NCBI GenBank assembly: GCA_951406725.2
Contig: OX597818.1
Coordinates: 5,146,001-5,210,000 of the forward strand
DNA length: 64,000 nt
Direction: 5' to 3'
From: Octopus vulgaris
Lineage: Eukaryota
The notes beneath the pieces were generated by a model. It searched no databases, was not told the origin of the DNA, and saw only the letters and a program-made list of their open reading frames with translations. Of this stretch, positions 42,148 through 55,404 are shown one piece after another. A program made the position numbers and the translations under genes. How positions within the stretch are numbered: position 1 is the stretch's first letter; each line of letters opens with the position of its first letter.

Positions 42148-43021
42148 TGTGTGTGAAAACATTGTGTAAATGTGACTGTCAATCGTGTAGAATTTTGTAG
42201 GCGGCTATGAACTCAATTGACTTCTTTAACCTGCTGGCGAACAGCAGTTGGTAGTCTATGAGTATGAACGTAGCAAACAAGTCAAAATAATTATTCATAT
42301 TATGGAAGTCGCAGAGGGAACAACATTAAATTCTTGAAGAAATATTTATGACTGTTCAATAACTTACCTTGACAAGATATTAGGGTTGTCTATAACATTT
42401 GTGACTAGTTTGATAGATTTCTGAATTCATGTTCGACATTCTTAAATAAATTCGTCATAATTTATATAAAACAGATATAAAACTTTACCATACAATTATA
42501 GTAACATTAATATAAAACAATTTTTCTAAATATAATGCAGCTTATATAGTACAGAGAATGACATTGCGATGCATCTTTCTGGCTTTGTTGATCATTTATT
42601 GCCGCAGGGTTGTTTATGTGGTTATCAATCCTATTATTCGAAATTGTTTACATCGAATACTGCGTACTCAATTTTTGTATCATTGAAAATAATTAAATTA
42701 AAAAAAAAATGCTTCAATAAATATAATATAAGTGTTTGGCTTCACTAATTAATAATAATATTTTAAAAACTTCATTGAAAATATAAAGAATATAAAGCAT
42801 ATGTAAATTGTGTGCTGGTGCCATGAGAAATGTTTCTATATTGTAACACTTACAGAATATAGAAAGAAGTGTAACACCGATAACGATATAATCCAACCAA
42901 AATATCTCAGTTACCCAAACGTAAACAGAATCACTATTTAGCTTTAAAATTAATATTTAGCCTTAAAATACATCGCACATATTCATTGATTTAGTGGTAG
43001 GGAACGTTCTTCTGGTATCCT

Positions 43022-43440
<419 letters not shown>

Positions 43441-43954
43441 TCTTTAAGTATGGAGTTGAATTTCGTGTAGCCACCTGTTGGCATCCTTTCTCCCCCACCC
43501 ATTTTGTAGAGGGGTTTACCCATTTTCTGGGCTCTTTTCACAGTTATACCCCATTCGAAATTCGCATCAGTTTTTATATGAAAAGAAAGGAAGAGAGTGG
43601 GACTTGTTTGTAGTTTGTAAAGGAAACGATAAACGTGGCTGAAAAAACATGGACTTTCCCCCCAACTAAAAGACATGTAGAACTACGAAAGAAGGCGAAT
43701 AAGTACCGGGGGTGGGGGAAAGAAGGGATAACTAACAGTCGATCGTTCTAGAATATCCCAGAATAAAAATGTAAGCACCTGAAAGACTTTCCCTCTATTC
43801 ATTACTAAATGTCTTTCCTTCTTCTTCATTGTTAAAAGTGAAGAACCTAAAAAAAGGTCGATCGTATTTCAGTGTAGTTCTCATTTTAAATGACTGAGGC
43901 TTTCCTTTTTCTGTCTCTACTATTTAACTCTTTTCTCTGCGGTTAAGAGAGTGA

Positions 43955-44165
43955 AGATGCGTGGCTCAGTGGTTAGGGATATTCGACCCACGATCGTAAA
44001 ATCGTGAATACGATTCCCGGCGGCGTGCTGTGTTCTTGAGGAAGGTACTGTACTTCACCTTGTTGCAGTCCACTCATCTGGCAAAAATGAGTTGTAGATG
44101 TAATTCAAAGGGGCCAGCCTTGTCACGTTCTGTGTGAGGTGAAATCTCCTTGAGAACTATGTTAT
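43955..44165 (+). mobile_element. SINE family B-related, partial
   Basis: TGGCTCAGTGGTTAGG head and GCCTTGTCAC...GAGAACTA body. Confidence 0.7.
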
Positions 44166-45189
44166 GCTATGCTGTAATTATTTGTCTTTGATTAACGCTG
44201 TGTCTATTTATCTATCTATCAACTTTTCTTCCGATCTATGTATCTACTGTCTCTCTCACTTTCTCTCTTATTTCCACTGTGTCCCTCCCCTCTCCCACTT
44301 TTAATGTAAACAATGTGTGTATGTATCTATCTATCTACTTTTCTTTCTATCTCTGTATCTAATTTTCTTTTGATCTATGTATCTACTTTTCTTTCAATGT
44401 ATGCATCAATCTATTGTGAAAATATAGTTAAACATTCAATTGTGCAAAAGTAAAAGTAACATCCACAACAATTTATTGAGAGAGAAAGACAGACAAAAGG
44501 AGAGAGAGAGAGTGTGTGTGCGTTACATAGAGAGAGGCTGGCAGGCAGAATAACTGTCAGACAAATAGATGTATAGGTAAATAGACAGATAGAAAGATAG
44601 GCAACATTTCTTATTGCAATTTCCATATTGCCAACGGCTTTATCATATATCGTCGAAAACAAAAAGGTTTTCAGCGTTTTCTGTATATGAGAATAGCTCT
44701 ATTCTCTTTCATTATTATTCTGTTATCCACTCTCTTCCTTCACTCAATCTATCTCCCTAAATCTCTCTCTTTTCCCTCTCCCTCCCCTCTCCCACCTCTA
44801 TGTCTACTTGCCTCTAACTGTCCTCCTGTCTTTAACGCGTTATATTTCTGTTACCTCTCAGCACTATCAATCTTCCCCCTCACTCTCTCTCTCACTCCCT
44901 CTTAATTCCTCCTCTTTGCCTCTCAATTCAATTATATTTCTGCTTTTGTCCCTCCCCTCTCTGCCGCTTTGCCATTCACTTCAACTATGTCTCCTTTGCT
45001 TAACACCTTTTCTTTTTCTTTTGTATCTCTCCCTTCAAACTTTTTACCTTTTCCTTTGACGTAAGTGTGACACACACGACAGGTACCTTCAAAAGGAAAA
45101 TGTTGGTGTATTAATAATACCCACAATATTAATATTAAAAACAACAACAGTAATAATAATGATACTAATACTAACAACAGCAATAATAA

Positions 45190-45455
45190 TAATGTTTCTT
45201 TCTTTACCAGTAAGGGTTCACAAAAACCATTTGGGATGGTTTTCAAGGGTTGCTCGCAGAGACCCCACAAAACAATGGTCGTTCTGACCAATAGGGCAAG
45301 TGCCCTCTCCAAATCGTCCTGCTTCAATCTATAGGCGCATACTTAGAAGAGGCTCGTCCACTAGGACCATTCTTGCTGCATTCATCCATTTTTCAATAAA
45401 ATTGCTGGGAGAGAGCACTTCCTTCTCTGCTGACACGGTTCTACCATGTCCTTGT
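45190..45455 (-). mobile_element. L1/Tx1-like 3' fragment
   Basis: Similar to the end of 22985..25908. Terminates GTGAACCCTTA...AAAGAAAC then (ATT)n. Confidence 0.65.
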
Positions 45456-45949
45456 TCGAATCCAACGCCTCCAATATCTGTCTCTCAACGCCTCCATATC
45501 TGCCTCTCAACGTCCCCTATATCTGCAGTAGTGGCTTTAGAGCCAGAACGTACAGAAGAGGCTAAAGGGGCACTGCACAAACAACACACAATATAAACGT
45601 TAATACAACAGAAGACTCAAACAAAACCCATAACAAAAGATACTGATACAATACAATATTCCCCCCACCAAATAATGCAGCACACACTACCCCACCAGCA
45701 CAAATGGGCAACAAATAATGCAATAGAAATTTGCTTGAAATATTCAGATGTCGAAAATAATAGTGGTGATGACGATGGTGACGAACGTTACGTTTCCTCA
45801 GTTTATGAGAGACAGGAGTTTTAGAAGAAAGTTTGGTTATAACAGCGAAAAATGAAGCAGGACCTTTAAAGGAAGGCCTTTCACTCGACAGTCGTTCAGT
45901 AAAGATGAAAACTAATCATAGTTCTTATCCTAATACAGCACCAGTAGAT

Positions 45950-47680
45950 ATTAAAGCAAGGAGGAGGAAGTGGACCAGCGAAGAAAACAGGATAGTGTTG
46001 CAGTGCTACTAAGAAAATGAACCTAAAAGAAGGTTAGAAAACGAATGTTAACACTTTGGGTAGAGAAGGGTTTGTTTAAAGGGACTAAGCTGAGATTATT
46101 AGATCAAGCTAATACTATTAGGAGAAAAAGTAGATGATAGAAGTGGAGGTAGAAAAGATTGCAAGAAAACTAGAGAAGAAAGACCAGGCATTGGGAAAGA
46201 CAAACAACAACATAAGAGATACAGCTCAAACCAAAGAAGAACTTAAAAATAATAATAGTTCTACCAATAAGGAAGGGACAACTGACACCAATGACTTAAG
46301 TGATTTAAGTGAGGAAGATCAGAAGATTTTAGATGGGTTGCAGGAAGTAATGACTGGAGAAGTAAGAAAAAGATTGCCAGCATTGAGAGGCACCAACAGA
46401 AGGAACCTGCTAGAAGTGACTAGGAAAGTAGATTCTGTTATCATTAGGGCACATTAAAAACACAGGCTATATCAATTTATTGATCTATGCAGGAGGGGTG
46501 GTAGTCACAAGAAATATTTAAAAAAATAGCAAATGTGGAAAAGGAGACTACAAAATAAAGTGAAGACTTTTCAGACAAGATCTGAATAGAATAGATGCCG
46601 GGAAACTGAACAAGTTAGGAAAAACAAGATGCAAGTCTTCCCTCGGGAGAAGATACTTAGAAAGGATTTGGGACAGTCATAGAAGAGTTGAAGCAGCGTA
46701 ACATAGCAGTAGCAGGTAAGCTTTCTAGATATCAGAAAAGAATAGATTAGTATAATCAGAATAGACTATTTCAGACAGAGCAGAATAGATTTTATAACCA
46801 AATAAACAGTGGAGAACGAAGTACTGAAGATGAGAAACTTAACGTAGAGGAAGTTAGAAAGTTCTGGAGTAATATTTGAGATAAGCCAGTCAATCATAAT
46901 GGAGATGTGGTGTGGTTAATAAAGTGAAGGCAGAAGTAGTGAGTGAGAAGCAGCCAGATTTGATATTAAGTAGAGCATTAATGAGTAACATGTTAGGAAA
47001 AATGCCGATTTGGAAAGGCTCAGAACCAGATTTAGTTCAAGTGTTCTGGCTAAAGACATACAGTTGTTTACATAGGAGGCTCTGGGAAAAACTATAGGAT
47101 TGCCTACATGGAGGAATAATACCATATTGGATGACTAGAGGGAGGACAATACTCATTATGAAAGATAAGAGCAAGGGTAATACAATCACAGCTACAGACC
47201 AATCACTTGCTTAACATTAATGTAGAAGCTGTTGGCTAGGGGAACGCATGATCTATTATTCATAGGCAAAGCAGTTCTAAATGAAGTAAAATCTAATAAT
47301 AGCATTGATAGATTATAGGAAAGCCTATGACATGAGCCCATACTCATGGATAAGTGAATGTTAGAGTATATATTTAGTATAGCAGACAACATAAGAGAAT
47401 TAATTAGTTGTAGCATGAAGAAACGAAAATATAAAAGAGAAATTCTCGAAGGGTCTCGTCGAACCTTTAATATTTGCCTTATGTTTGATCCTCTTCAGTT
47501 TAGTATTAAGGAAGGCAAAGGTAGGGTATCAGTTCAGAAAAGGTAATGGAAAAAATTAATCATTTGCTCTACATGGATGACCTGAAGCATTTTAGTAAGA
47601 ATGAAAAAGAAACTGGTTCTTTAATACAGACTGTAAGACTCTTCAGCAAAGATATAGGTATGGAATTTGGCATAGATAAT
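45950..47680 (+). mobile_element. Old R4/Dong-like element, N-terminal and RT part, degenerate
   Basis: RRKWTSEEN..VLQCY, KRLPALR, WKGSEPDLVQVFWLK, YRPITCL, NHLLYMDDLK and DIGMEFGID. Confidence 0.82.
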
Positions 47681-48324
47681 ATATAAATTGGTCATAGATA
47701 AACTGGTCTGCTATATTCCATAAACACCTGACACTTTATTCATACACACATTAGTGCTACCATGCTGATATTGTCATTACCGGTGGTTATTCAAAAGTTG
47801 TTAGGTTGGTATTGCTGGGGGAGTTAGTGGTCTTGATTTTGGTGTTGTTGATATTGGGGATGATGACACTACAAGTATAATTGGTGTTGCTGGTGGTCAT
47901 ATTATTTTTGTATGCTGTATTGTTATTGCTATTTAGTCTCAAGCCAATACTCATTGATCTAAGATCAAACTCATCTCAGTCAAGTTTTACATTAGAGAAG
48001 TATATGAAGTTCATACCATTGTCTTTAATTTTACACGGTGAACCTTATTTTGTTCGCACTATTGTTGCTACTGTGTTGTTCGTCATTAAAAAGGTAGAGA
48101 GTTGAGTTTATAATGGTGATGCTTGTGTTTGTTTATAGTGTTTACGACGCTTATATTTTGGGTGCTTATATTAGTGGTATTGATGCTAGTGTTAGTGAAC
48201 GTAGATTACTATATATAGATTTACAAAAAGATAAAGATAGATATTCACTGGTGAAATTTACTCCATATTTAGTAAGCGTTTGATAGTGTCATTCAAAACA
48301 TTTTCACACACGCACCCGTTTATA

Positions 48325-48743
48325 TACTCTTACTCTTTTACTCTTTTACTTGTTTCAGTCATTTGACTGCGGTCATGCTGGAGCACCACCTTTAATCGAG
48401 TAACTCGACTCCGAGACTTATTTTATTGTAAGCCCAGTACTTATTCTATCGGTCTCTTTTGCCGAACCGCTAAGTGACGGGGACGTAAACACACCAGCAT
48501 CGGTTGTCAAGCAATGCTAGGGGGACAAACACAGACACACAAACACACACACACACACACACACATACATATATACATATATACGACAGGCTTCTTTCAG
48601 TTTCCGTCTACCAAATCTACTCACAAGTCATTGGTCAGCCCGGGGCTATAGAAGACACTTGCCCAAGGTGCCACGCAGTGGGACTGAACCCGGAACCATG
48701 TGGTTGGTAAGCAAGCTACTTACCACACAGCCACTCCTGCGCC
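48325..48743 (-). mobile_element. SINE family A, full length
   Basis: Reverse complement of 60608..61045. Confidence 0.92.
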
Positions 48744-48764
48744 TATATATATATATATAATATT

Positions 48765-49250
48765 AATAAATAAAACATATGCATATATATATACATATAT
48801 GTACGTACCTACCTCTACATGTATATATACACGCATATATGAGTACAGGACACCAAAAAAAACGTCGAACACAATGAGAAACGAAAACATAGACACAAAC
48901 CCAAGGAACTGGACATTTTTCTTAAACAACAAAAAAATAGAGTACAGGACAAATAACACAAGGAAAAAACCCCTTCTTCAGTCGCCATGGTTTCATCTAC
49001 TCTACGCTTCGAAGGTGAAGGCGAGACATATCTTAGATAGAAACTTTCCTTCCTGCGAAGAGCAAATCAAATAAAATTTGAGATCTTTTTGCAGAGGGGT
49101 AAAAATGGTAACAAAAACAGGACAGTAACGACAGTACAAAATATAAGCAGTAAAAGACAGGACAAGGAAAATAACAAGACAAGAAGGGCTGTTAAGCCGA
49201 ACGAAAAAAAGTATTACGAACGCTATTTCTGTGGACGGCGAAGGGGGCAA
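48765..49250 (-). mobile_element. Unclassified (TA)n-flanked repeat (element Y)
   Basis: Bounded by TA runs. A related segment is at 18800..19030. Confidence 0.55.
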
Positions 49251-49270
49251 ATATATATATATATATATAT

Positions 49271-49322
<52 letters not shown>

Positions 49323-49514
49323 TGCGTGTGTGTGTATAGGTTGTGTTCCAGCATAGCTGCACCCCGGCTGCTGGAACTGGTAAGGCAATAGAATAATATA
49401 ATTATGTTTTTATGCGTGTGTATGTAACGGCATTCATATGTGCCGTTTGATAGTGTATCAACATATCCATTTCTTCAGATATCGAATTAAATATGAAAGC
49501 GTCCATTGTTGAAG

Positions 49515-49565
<51 letters not shown>

Positions 49566-52106
49566 CTGTGTGTATGAGTACATACACTAAATTGCGCAAA
49601 CCTTTTGTTCAATAAAATTCCCATAAATATAAAGTTCATTTTTGCCGAAGACCCTAAGTAGCTTATTGAAAATTGAATGTTGTATCAACATTAATAATAA
49701 ACGCAATATCATCGCGGATTTGCAAACATACCATGGATACGCAACGTTTATTTTGGTTATAGATGTAAATCTGATATTCAGCATTGATATGCTGAGGCTC
49801 TTTTCAATTCTCATTTTGTTATTTCCGAACTGTATATTATGCTTGAATATAAATAAAAAAAAATCAATTATGTTTCCCATTGGTCGTTTTAATTTCAATT
49901 AATTCTTTATTAAATTTGCAAATAATATGCAGTGTTCTGGGTTCATGCTAAAATTCGAGGATATGTATCAATTTAATTTGAATTTATAGCAATATCGCAA
50001 AGCAATAAATGATGCTTTATTTGATTTCGTTTCGATTTTTATAATCAATCCTTTCATATAATAGAAAATAGGATACATTGTGAAAGACATGGTGGAGTAT
50101 TGTTATTTCATAATTTAATTTTATTACAGATCTCTTTTTGTATTAAAAGGTTAGCTAAAAACAAATCTTATATTCAAACGTGAAATAAATAAAAGAGAAT
50201 AGAGAACGAGTTAGAAAGAGACAGAAAGTATTGTATAGTATATTTCTATTCAACATTGTCGGAATGAATGGCTATAAATTAATATAACATTAAAAGTCAG
50301 ATTAATTTATGCCGGTAAATTTAGTAGCCGGAGAGAAGAGCGCAGTAAAATGAAACAAGGAAGAAAGAGGGCTATATTGAAATAGTGATATAGGGCAATA
50401 TGGCAGACGGAGAAAAAGTGAGTCTGGAAGACATGAATTCATTATTGAGGCATATGTTCTCATAATTGATGGTTTCCATAGCGAAGGGAATGAAGTGGTA
50501 AACGGTTTTGAAATACGGCACCATCTTTATGGGAAGATTTTTCTGCAACAGTGACCTTTGAAGAGAGACTAATCAGAACATTATTGTTTCTCCCCTTAAA
50601 GGTTATCGCTTGGCATCGATTTCTAATAAATATTCAGTGAAATTAAAGCCTAGGTCAGACTTAAAGAGAGAAATAATTCAACAAAAATATCTCGCTCTAT
50701 TCTGAGTAAATGTAGATTTGATTGAAAACAGTCAAACTATAAGCAAAATTATTATATAACAATATTTTCTACCTTATAAATAAAACATGAAATAAAAATG
50801 ACATTAAATCTAGAAATGATAGATATTTTCGTTCCGCTTCTTTTTAAATTGCTGTTTGTTCTCAACTTTCAGACCACACTCTGACTTACAATTTAACAAG
50901 GGACGTACTGTAGTCAACAAGATCGCAAATACTGAAAGTAATGATTATATAACAGTAATCACAAATGCATAAATAGATGTATTGACAGTAATATTATACC
51001 AACATAGAACTGAGCAAAAGAAATGACAATAATGATTTTAAATAAATGCATGAATAATGTAGTTGAATAAACGTTTTATGGTATAGGCACCCAAAAAGTT
51101 TATGAACTTTTAACAGCTGATTATATTATTAGCAGTATTTCAATGGTACAAACAGAAAAAAAAGTAGGCAAAGGCTTTTTTTTTCTGATATTAAAACACA
51201 TCAGGAATAACCATGCCTTTAATTTTTCTAGGATCATTGAGATAAGTACCCCGTAGGTATTAGAGGCAAATATTTATATATATACTAAGATGCCTCAGTT
51301 CTGTGATCAGATTATGGAATTAATACAGCAAAAGCAAGACATACATCGTGCTGGATAACATCAACTGAACTAAAATATAGAAATAAATTTTGTGAAAATG
51401 GAAAGTAAAAATTATACATTTATCACTAGATGATAATTATATTGGGAAGACTAGTGGTTAATAAAGAATTACTTGAAACCACAACGTCAAGTATAACAGT
51501 ATACCATAGTGTATTACATTTATAAAGATATTTTGCCCTCTATAACACATTGGAATACATTTAGAAGACATTTTACCTTCCCTGCCTGATTAACTCTTTT
51601 GACAAGAATAGTTTCTCACACAGACATTGGACGAAAGATGACTAAATGAGAGAACGCGTGCTTATTTCTAGAAAAATACTGTTCTTCTGTATATATATCA
51701 ACTACGCGGAATGGAAATTGAACTTATTCTGTCGACTTAAAAATTCACTATTGCTTCATTCAGCACCTGCACTGTGTCGGCTTTTGAAGTAGTGAAAATG
51801 CAAAAAAAAAAAAAGAAATGAAGCAGAAAAAATCACTAAGAATGCGTCTAATCTTCGTATTAAGAGCCTTGATGTATTCGCACATGGAAAATGTGCCACA
51901 CTTAGAATGAAACCATTAGGCCATCTCGGTCTATTATCTTTAAAATTTGCATTATAAATTGCAACTCTCCTTGATAGTAGTTTTGTAGTATTTGAAATCT
52001 CTGAATTCAAATATTTAATTATCAAGATAATTTCATGGAGGAGCACGGTGAGGATGATGACAACATCAACAACAGGAACAGCAGCAACAACAAAGTAATA
52101 ATAATA

Positions 52107-52635
52107 ATGTTTTCTTTATTAACCACTAAGGGTTCACAAAACGGAAAAAATATTGGGTACGGTATAAGAAAATATGTGGGTTTACATACAATAGTGCGTT
52201 TAAACTGTGAAAACGATAAAATAAATTTTAACCGTGAAGAATTCATCAAAAGAGGAAGACTTCCTTGGGCTGCTCGTGGGAGCATCACAAAACCATGGAG
52301 GCCCTGACCACTGGGGCAAGTGCACTCTCCTTATTGTCTAATGGTGCATGCTTAGAGTAGACCGGTTCACTGGGACCATTCTTGCTTTATTCTTCTACCT
52401 TTCAACAAAATTGTTGGGAAGCAAAACTTCCCACTCTGTCCTCGTTTTTCTTTTGAAGGTTTGGCCAAAGAATACAAAATCTGTCTTTAGTTCTTTCAGT
52501 CTGCTCCACCACTCTTTCTCTCAGGTTATCAGACAAGGAATTACTGCCTGTCCTTCCCGACCAAAGGAAGGTGGCGGGATGATCTTCACAATGAACTCAG
52601 CCGATAGCCGGATCTGCCCTATACGTGAAGCATGA
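52107..52635 (-). mobile_element. L1/Tx1-like 3' fragment
   Basis: The minus strand encodes IRLSAEFIVKIIPPPSFGREG, matching 25370-25430. Ends AATAAAGAAAAC then (ATT)n. Confidence 0.82.
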
Positions 52636-52946
52636 CCTGATGTGGTTCGTCATTGCCCACACTGGTACAGTGGGTAGTTTCAGACAGTTGGAGATATCTG
52701 CGTGTGTTCTATACGTAGATATTAACAAGTGAAACCAATTGGTACATAGGTAATCGTTTTTATTTCGTATGTTTTTATTTGTCTTGATCACTTTTACATT
52801 TTGGCGTTCTTGCTGAGATTTTTTCTTGAGAACACATTCTTCGTGGTAATGGCGATTTGACGTCTATATTTAGGATATAGGGTGTCCATTCTAGGGTGTC
52901 CACTCTTAATTTTGTATATATATGTATATATATATATATATATATA

Positions 52947-53307
52947 GTTAATCCAAACATGAAAACACAAAGAGTATACACAACAACGCGAGGACGTGGA
53001 ACAAGTATAGTATTATTGGACGTTCAGGAAAGAAGGAGAGAAGGAGGGTTTAACGTTTCGAGCGGAGCGCTTCGTCAGAAACATAGGAAAAGGAAAGATC
53101 CAAAGAAGGGAAGACGGAGGAAAACAAATCGCCAACGGTGCACACGCGGTCACATTTTGAAGATATTTTCTCTTGAGAGTCAAGACTATTGAAATGGTTG
53201 CAAGACGCAACGAAAATTTTAGAAAATAAAAATAAGTGGAAATTTTACCGGTGAGTGTGTTAAATAATAAGGCACTAAAAGAGAATGACTCTTCCCAGAC
53301 ACAACAG
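52947..53307 (-). mobile_element. 361-bp non-coding hammerhead-containing mini-element (element Z) in (TA)n
   Basis: Both termini abut (TA)n, and each terminus recurs elsewhere in the window (29894 and ~22100). Confidence 0.75.
53048..53082 (-). ncRNA. Minimal type I hammerhead motif
   Basis: The minus strand reads GTTT-CTGACGA-AGCGCTCCGCTC-GAAA-C-GTT^AAAC. Stem I is GTTT/AAAC and stem III is the palindrome AACGTT. Confidence 0.72.
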
Positions 53308-53751
53308 TATATATATATATACACACACATATGTACACATCAACACGCACATATATACCTGGATATATAATGGCACACAGATTAGTGATAATTTAATTAG
53401 AGATTGGACAGGGTAGTGCCAAACTACATAAAAATTTTACAGGTAAGGTTAAACTAAACGGAAAATATCCGGAAGGCACGGGCGATACACATACATCTCT
53501 GTCCATTCACACCTATACCTACGCTCAAAAACCTACCCATATATCCAAGTATATGAGCGTATACAAATATACAGAAACGTATACACACACACAGATACAC
53601 ACACAGACATACATACACCCAATGGTATATAGTTACAAATACGCAGACCCATATAGAAAGGCATGCTCATATACAGACACATAGAGAGATATGAATGTGT
53701 ATATATCCACATAAATGCGCACATACGCACATACATACAAAGAAATATATA

Positions 53752-55317
53752 CAGTATATCACAGAAGTATGTACACCCCGAAAAAATGTCTGTAAAATTG
53801 CCATTTCTTTCATAATATTGAAGGAGATATAACGAAATTTATACTGAATAATATATATTATGCATGCAAACATTACACAAATCTGGAACACAAAACAATA
53901 CACGTTTTCAAAGATATGAATGAAATATTAATTTACAAACGTTACAAAAATATGTACACCCTATATTCAGTATTTTATCCCCCACTTTTGTTTTACCAAA
54001 TTCAATTCTAATAAATTATTTCTTATGGCATTTTAGCACCAGCCATCGTTATTGCATCTGCAGGAATTCTGATTTTTTACCGTAGTGAAAATCTTCATTG
54101 GGATAAATGGCATCAAAAGGAAAAGAATTGTCTGAAGATTTGAAGAAAATTAGTTTTAATTTGCACAAGAATGGTTTAGGATACAAGTTAATTAGCAAAC
54201 GAATACATATTAGCGTAAACACAGTTGCCACAGTAATTCAGAAGTACAAAGCTACTGGAAGACTAAGCAATAAATAATATCGTCCATATCGTCCTTCTGT
54301 TTTAACTGCGCATGATATTCGCCACAGCCAATGTTGCGTGATAGACGACAAGCGTCGTACCGCTTCGTCTTTGGCTCAAGTGTCTTCTGTTAATGGAAAG
54401 TGTGTATCCGTCCAGACAGTTCGTTAGCCGAAGTTTGAACCAGTGTGGTCTTCATGGACGCATTTCTTGTAGGAAGCCTATCCTCACTACCAGGCATAAA
54501 TCAAGTCATTTTTATTTTGCCGAAACCTATGTTGGTTAGGTGAAGGAGTTTGGAAATAAAATTCTTTTTTTTTCTGACGAGACTAAAATCAACTTATTTG
54601 GGTCATACGATATTAAACGAGTATGGCGACGACCAGGTAAGGATAGTTGCGACAAATGCACCGTGCCTACTGCGAAACATAATGGCGGAAGAGTTATGCT
54701 TTGGGGATGCATGAATGCGGCTGGTATAGGAGGACTCACATTTATTGAGAGAAAAATGGATTCAAAGCTTTATTGTGACATATTGCAGAAAACAATGTTG
54801 AAAAGCATCAAGGAACTAGGAAGACATTCCATGTTCCAACATAATGATGACCCTAGACACCCTTCAAAGATGACGAATAAGTTTTTATCAAATAAAAAGT
54901 TAAAGGTATTGCCTTGGCCTACCATGTCACCTGATTTAAACTCAATAGAATCTATGTGGAGCATCTGGAAAATGAAGATTGAGGATGAAAAAAATGTAAC
55001 ACAGTTGAAAAACATCATTCATGATGAATGGAGGTCAGAAAACTTAATGCAGCCATTGAAAACTAGGGCGCTCGCAACAAGTATTGAATATAGCAAATAA
55101 TCCTTTAGGGCGTACATATTTTTGCATAGTTTTAAATTTGATATTTCGTTCATATCTTTGAAAAAGTGTATTGTTTTGTTTTCCAAATTTGTATAATGTT
55201 TGAATGTATAATCTATTTTCTTGAGTATAAATTCCGTTTGATGTTCTTCGATATTATCAGGGTAATGGCAATTTTACTGCAAATTTTTAGGGGTGAACAT
55301 ACTTCTATGAGATACTG
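53752..55317 (+). mobile_element. Tc1 transposon with ~210-bp IR/DR-type TIRs and TA target duplication
   Basis: TA|CAGTAT...ATACTG|TA. TIRs at 53752-53962 and 55106-55317, with the internal direct repeat A(G/A)TATGTACACCC. Confidence 0.93.
54107..55100 (+). pseudogene. Tc1 transposase (DD34E type), disrupted
   Basis: MASKGKELSEDLK..GYKLISK, FSDETK, VMLWGCM, FQHNDDPRH and SPDLNSIE. Stops and frameshifts in the N-terminal half. Confidence 0.9.
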
Positions 55318-55404
55318 TATATATAAATACACACACGCACACACACATATGTATATGTATATATATGCACACGTACACACACAGGCACACGCACATATGC
55401 ATAT

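Noticed and set aside
49400-52000. Possible host exons in apparently unique AT-rich stretches (also 19400-20150, 31300-33300, 35900-37400, 41750-43000)
   Set aside because: There is no recognisable coding signal. Small exons cannot be excluded without RNA-seq or homology search.
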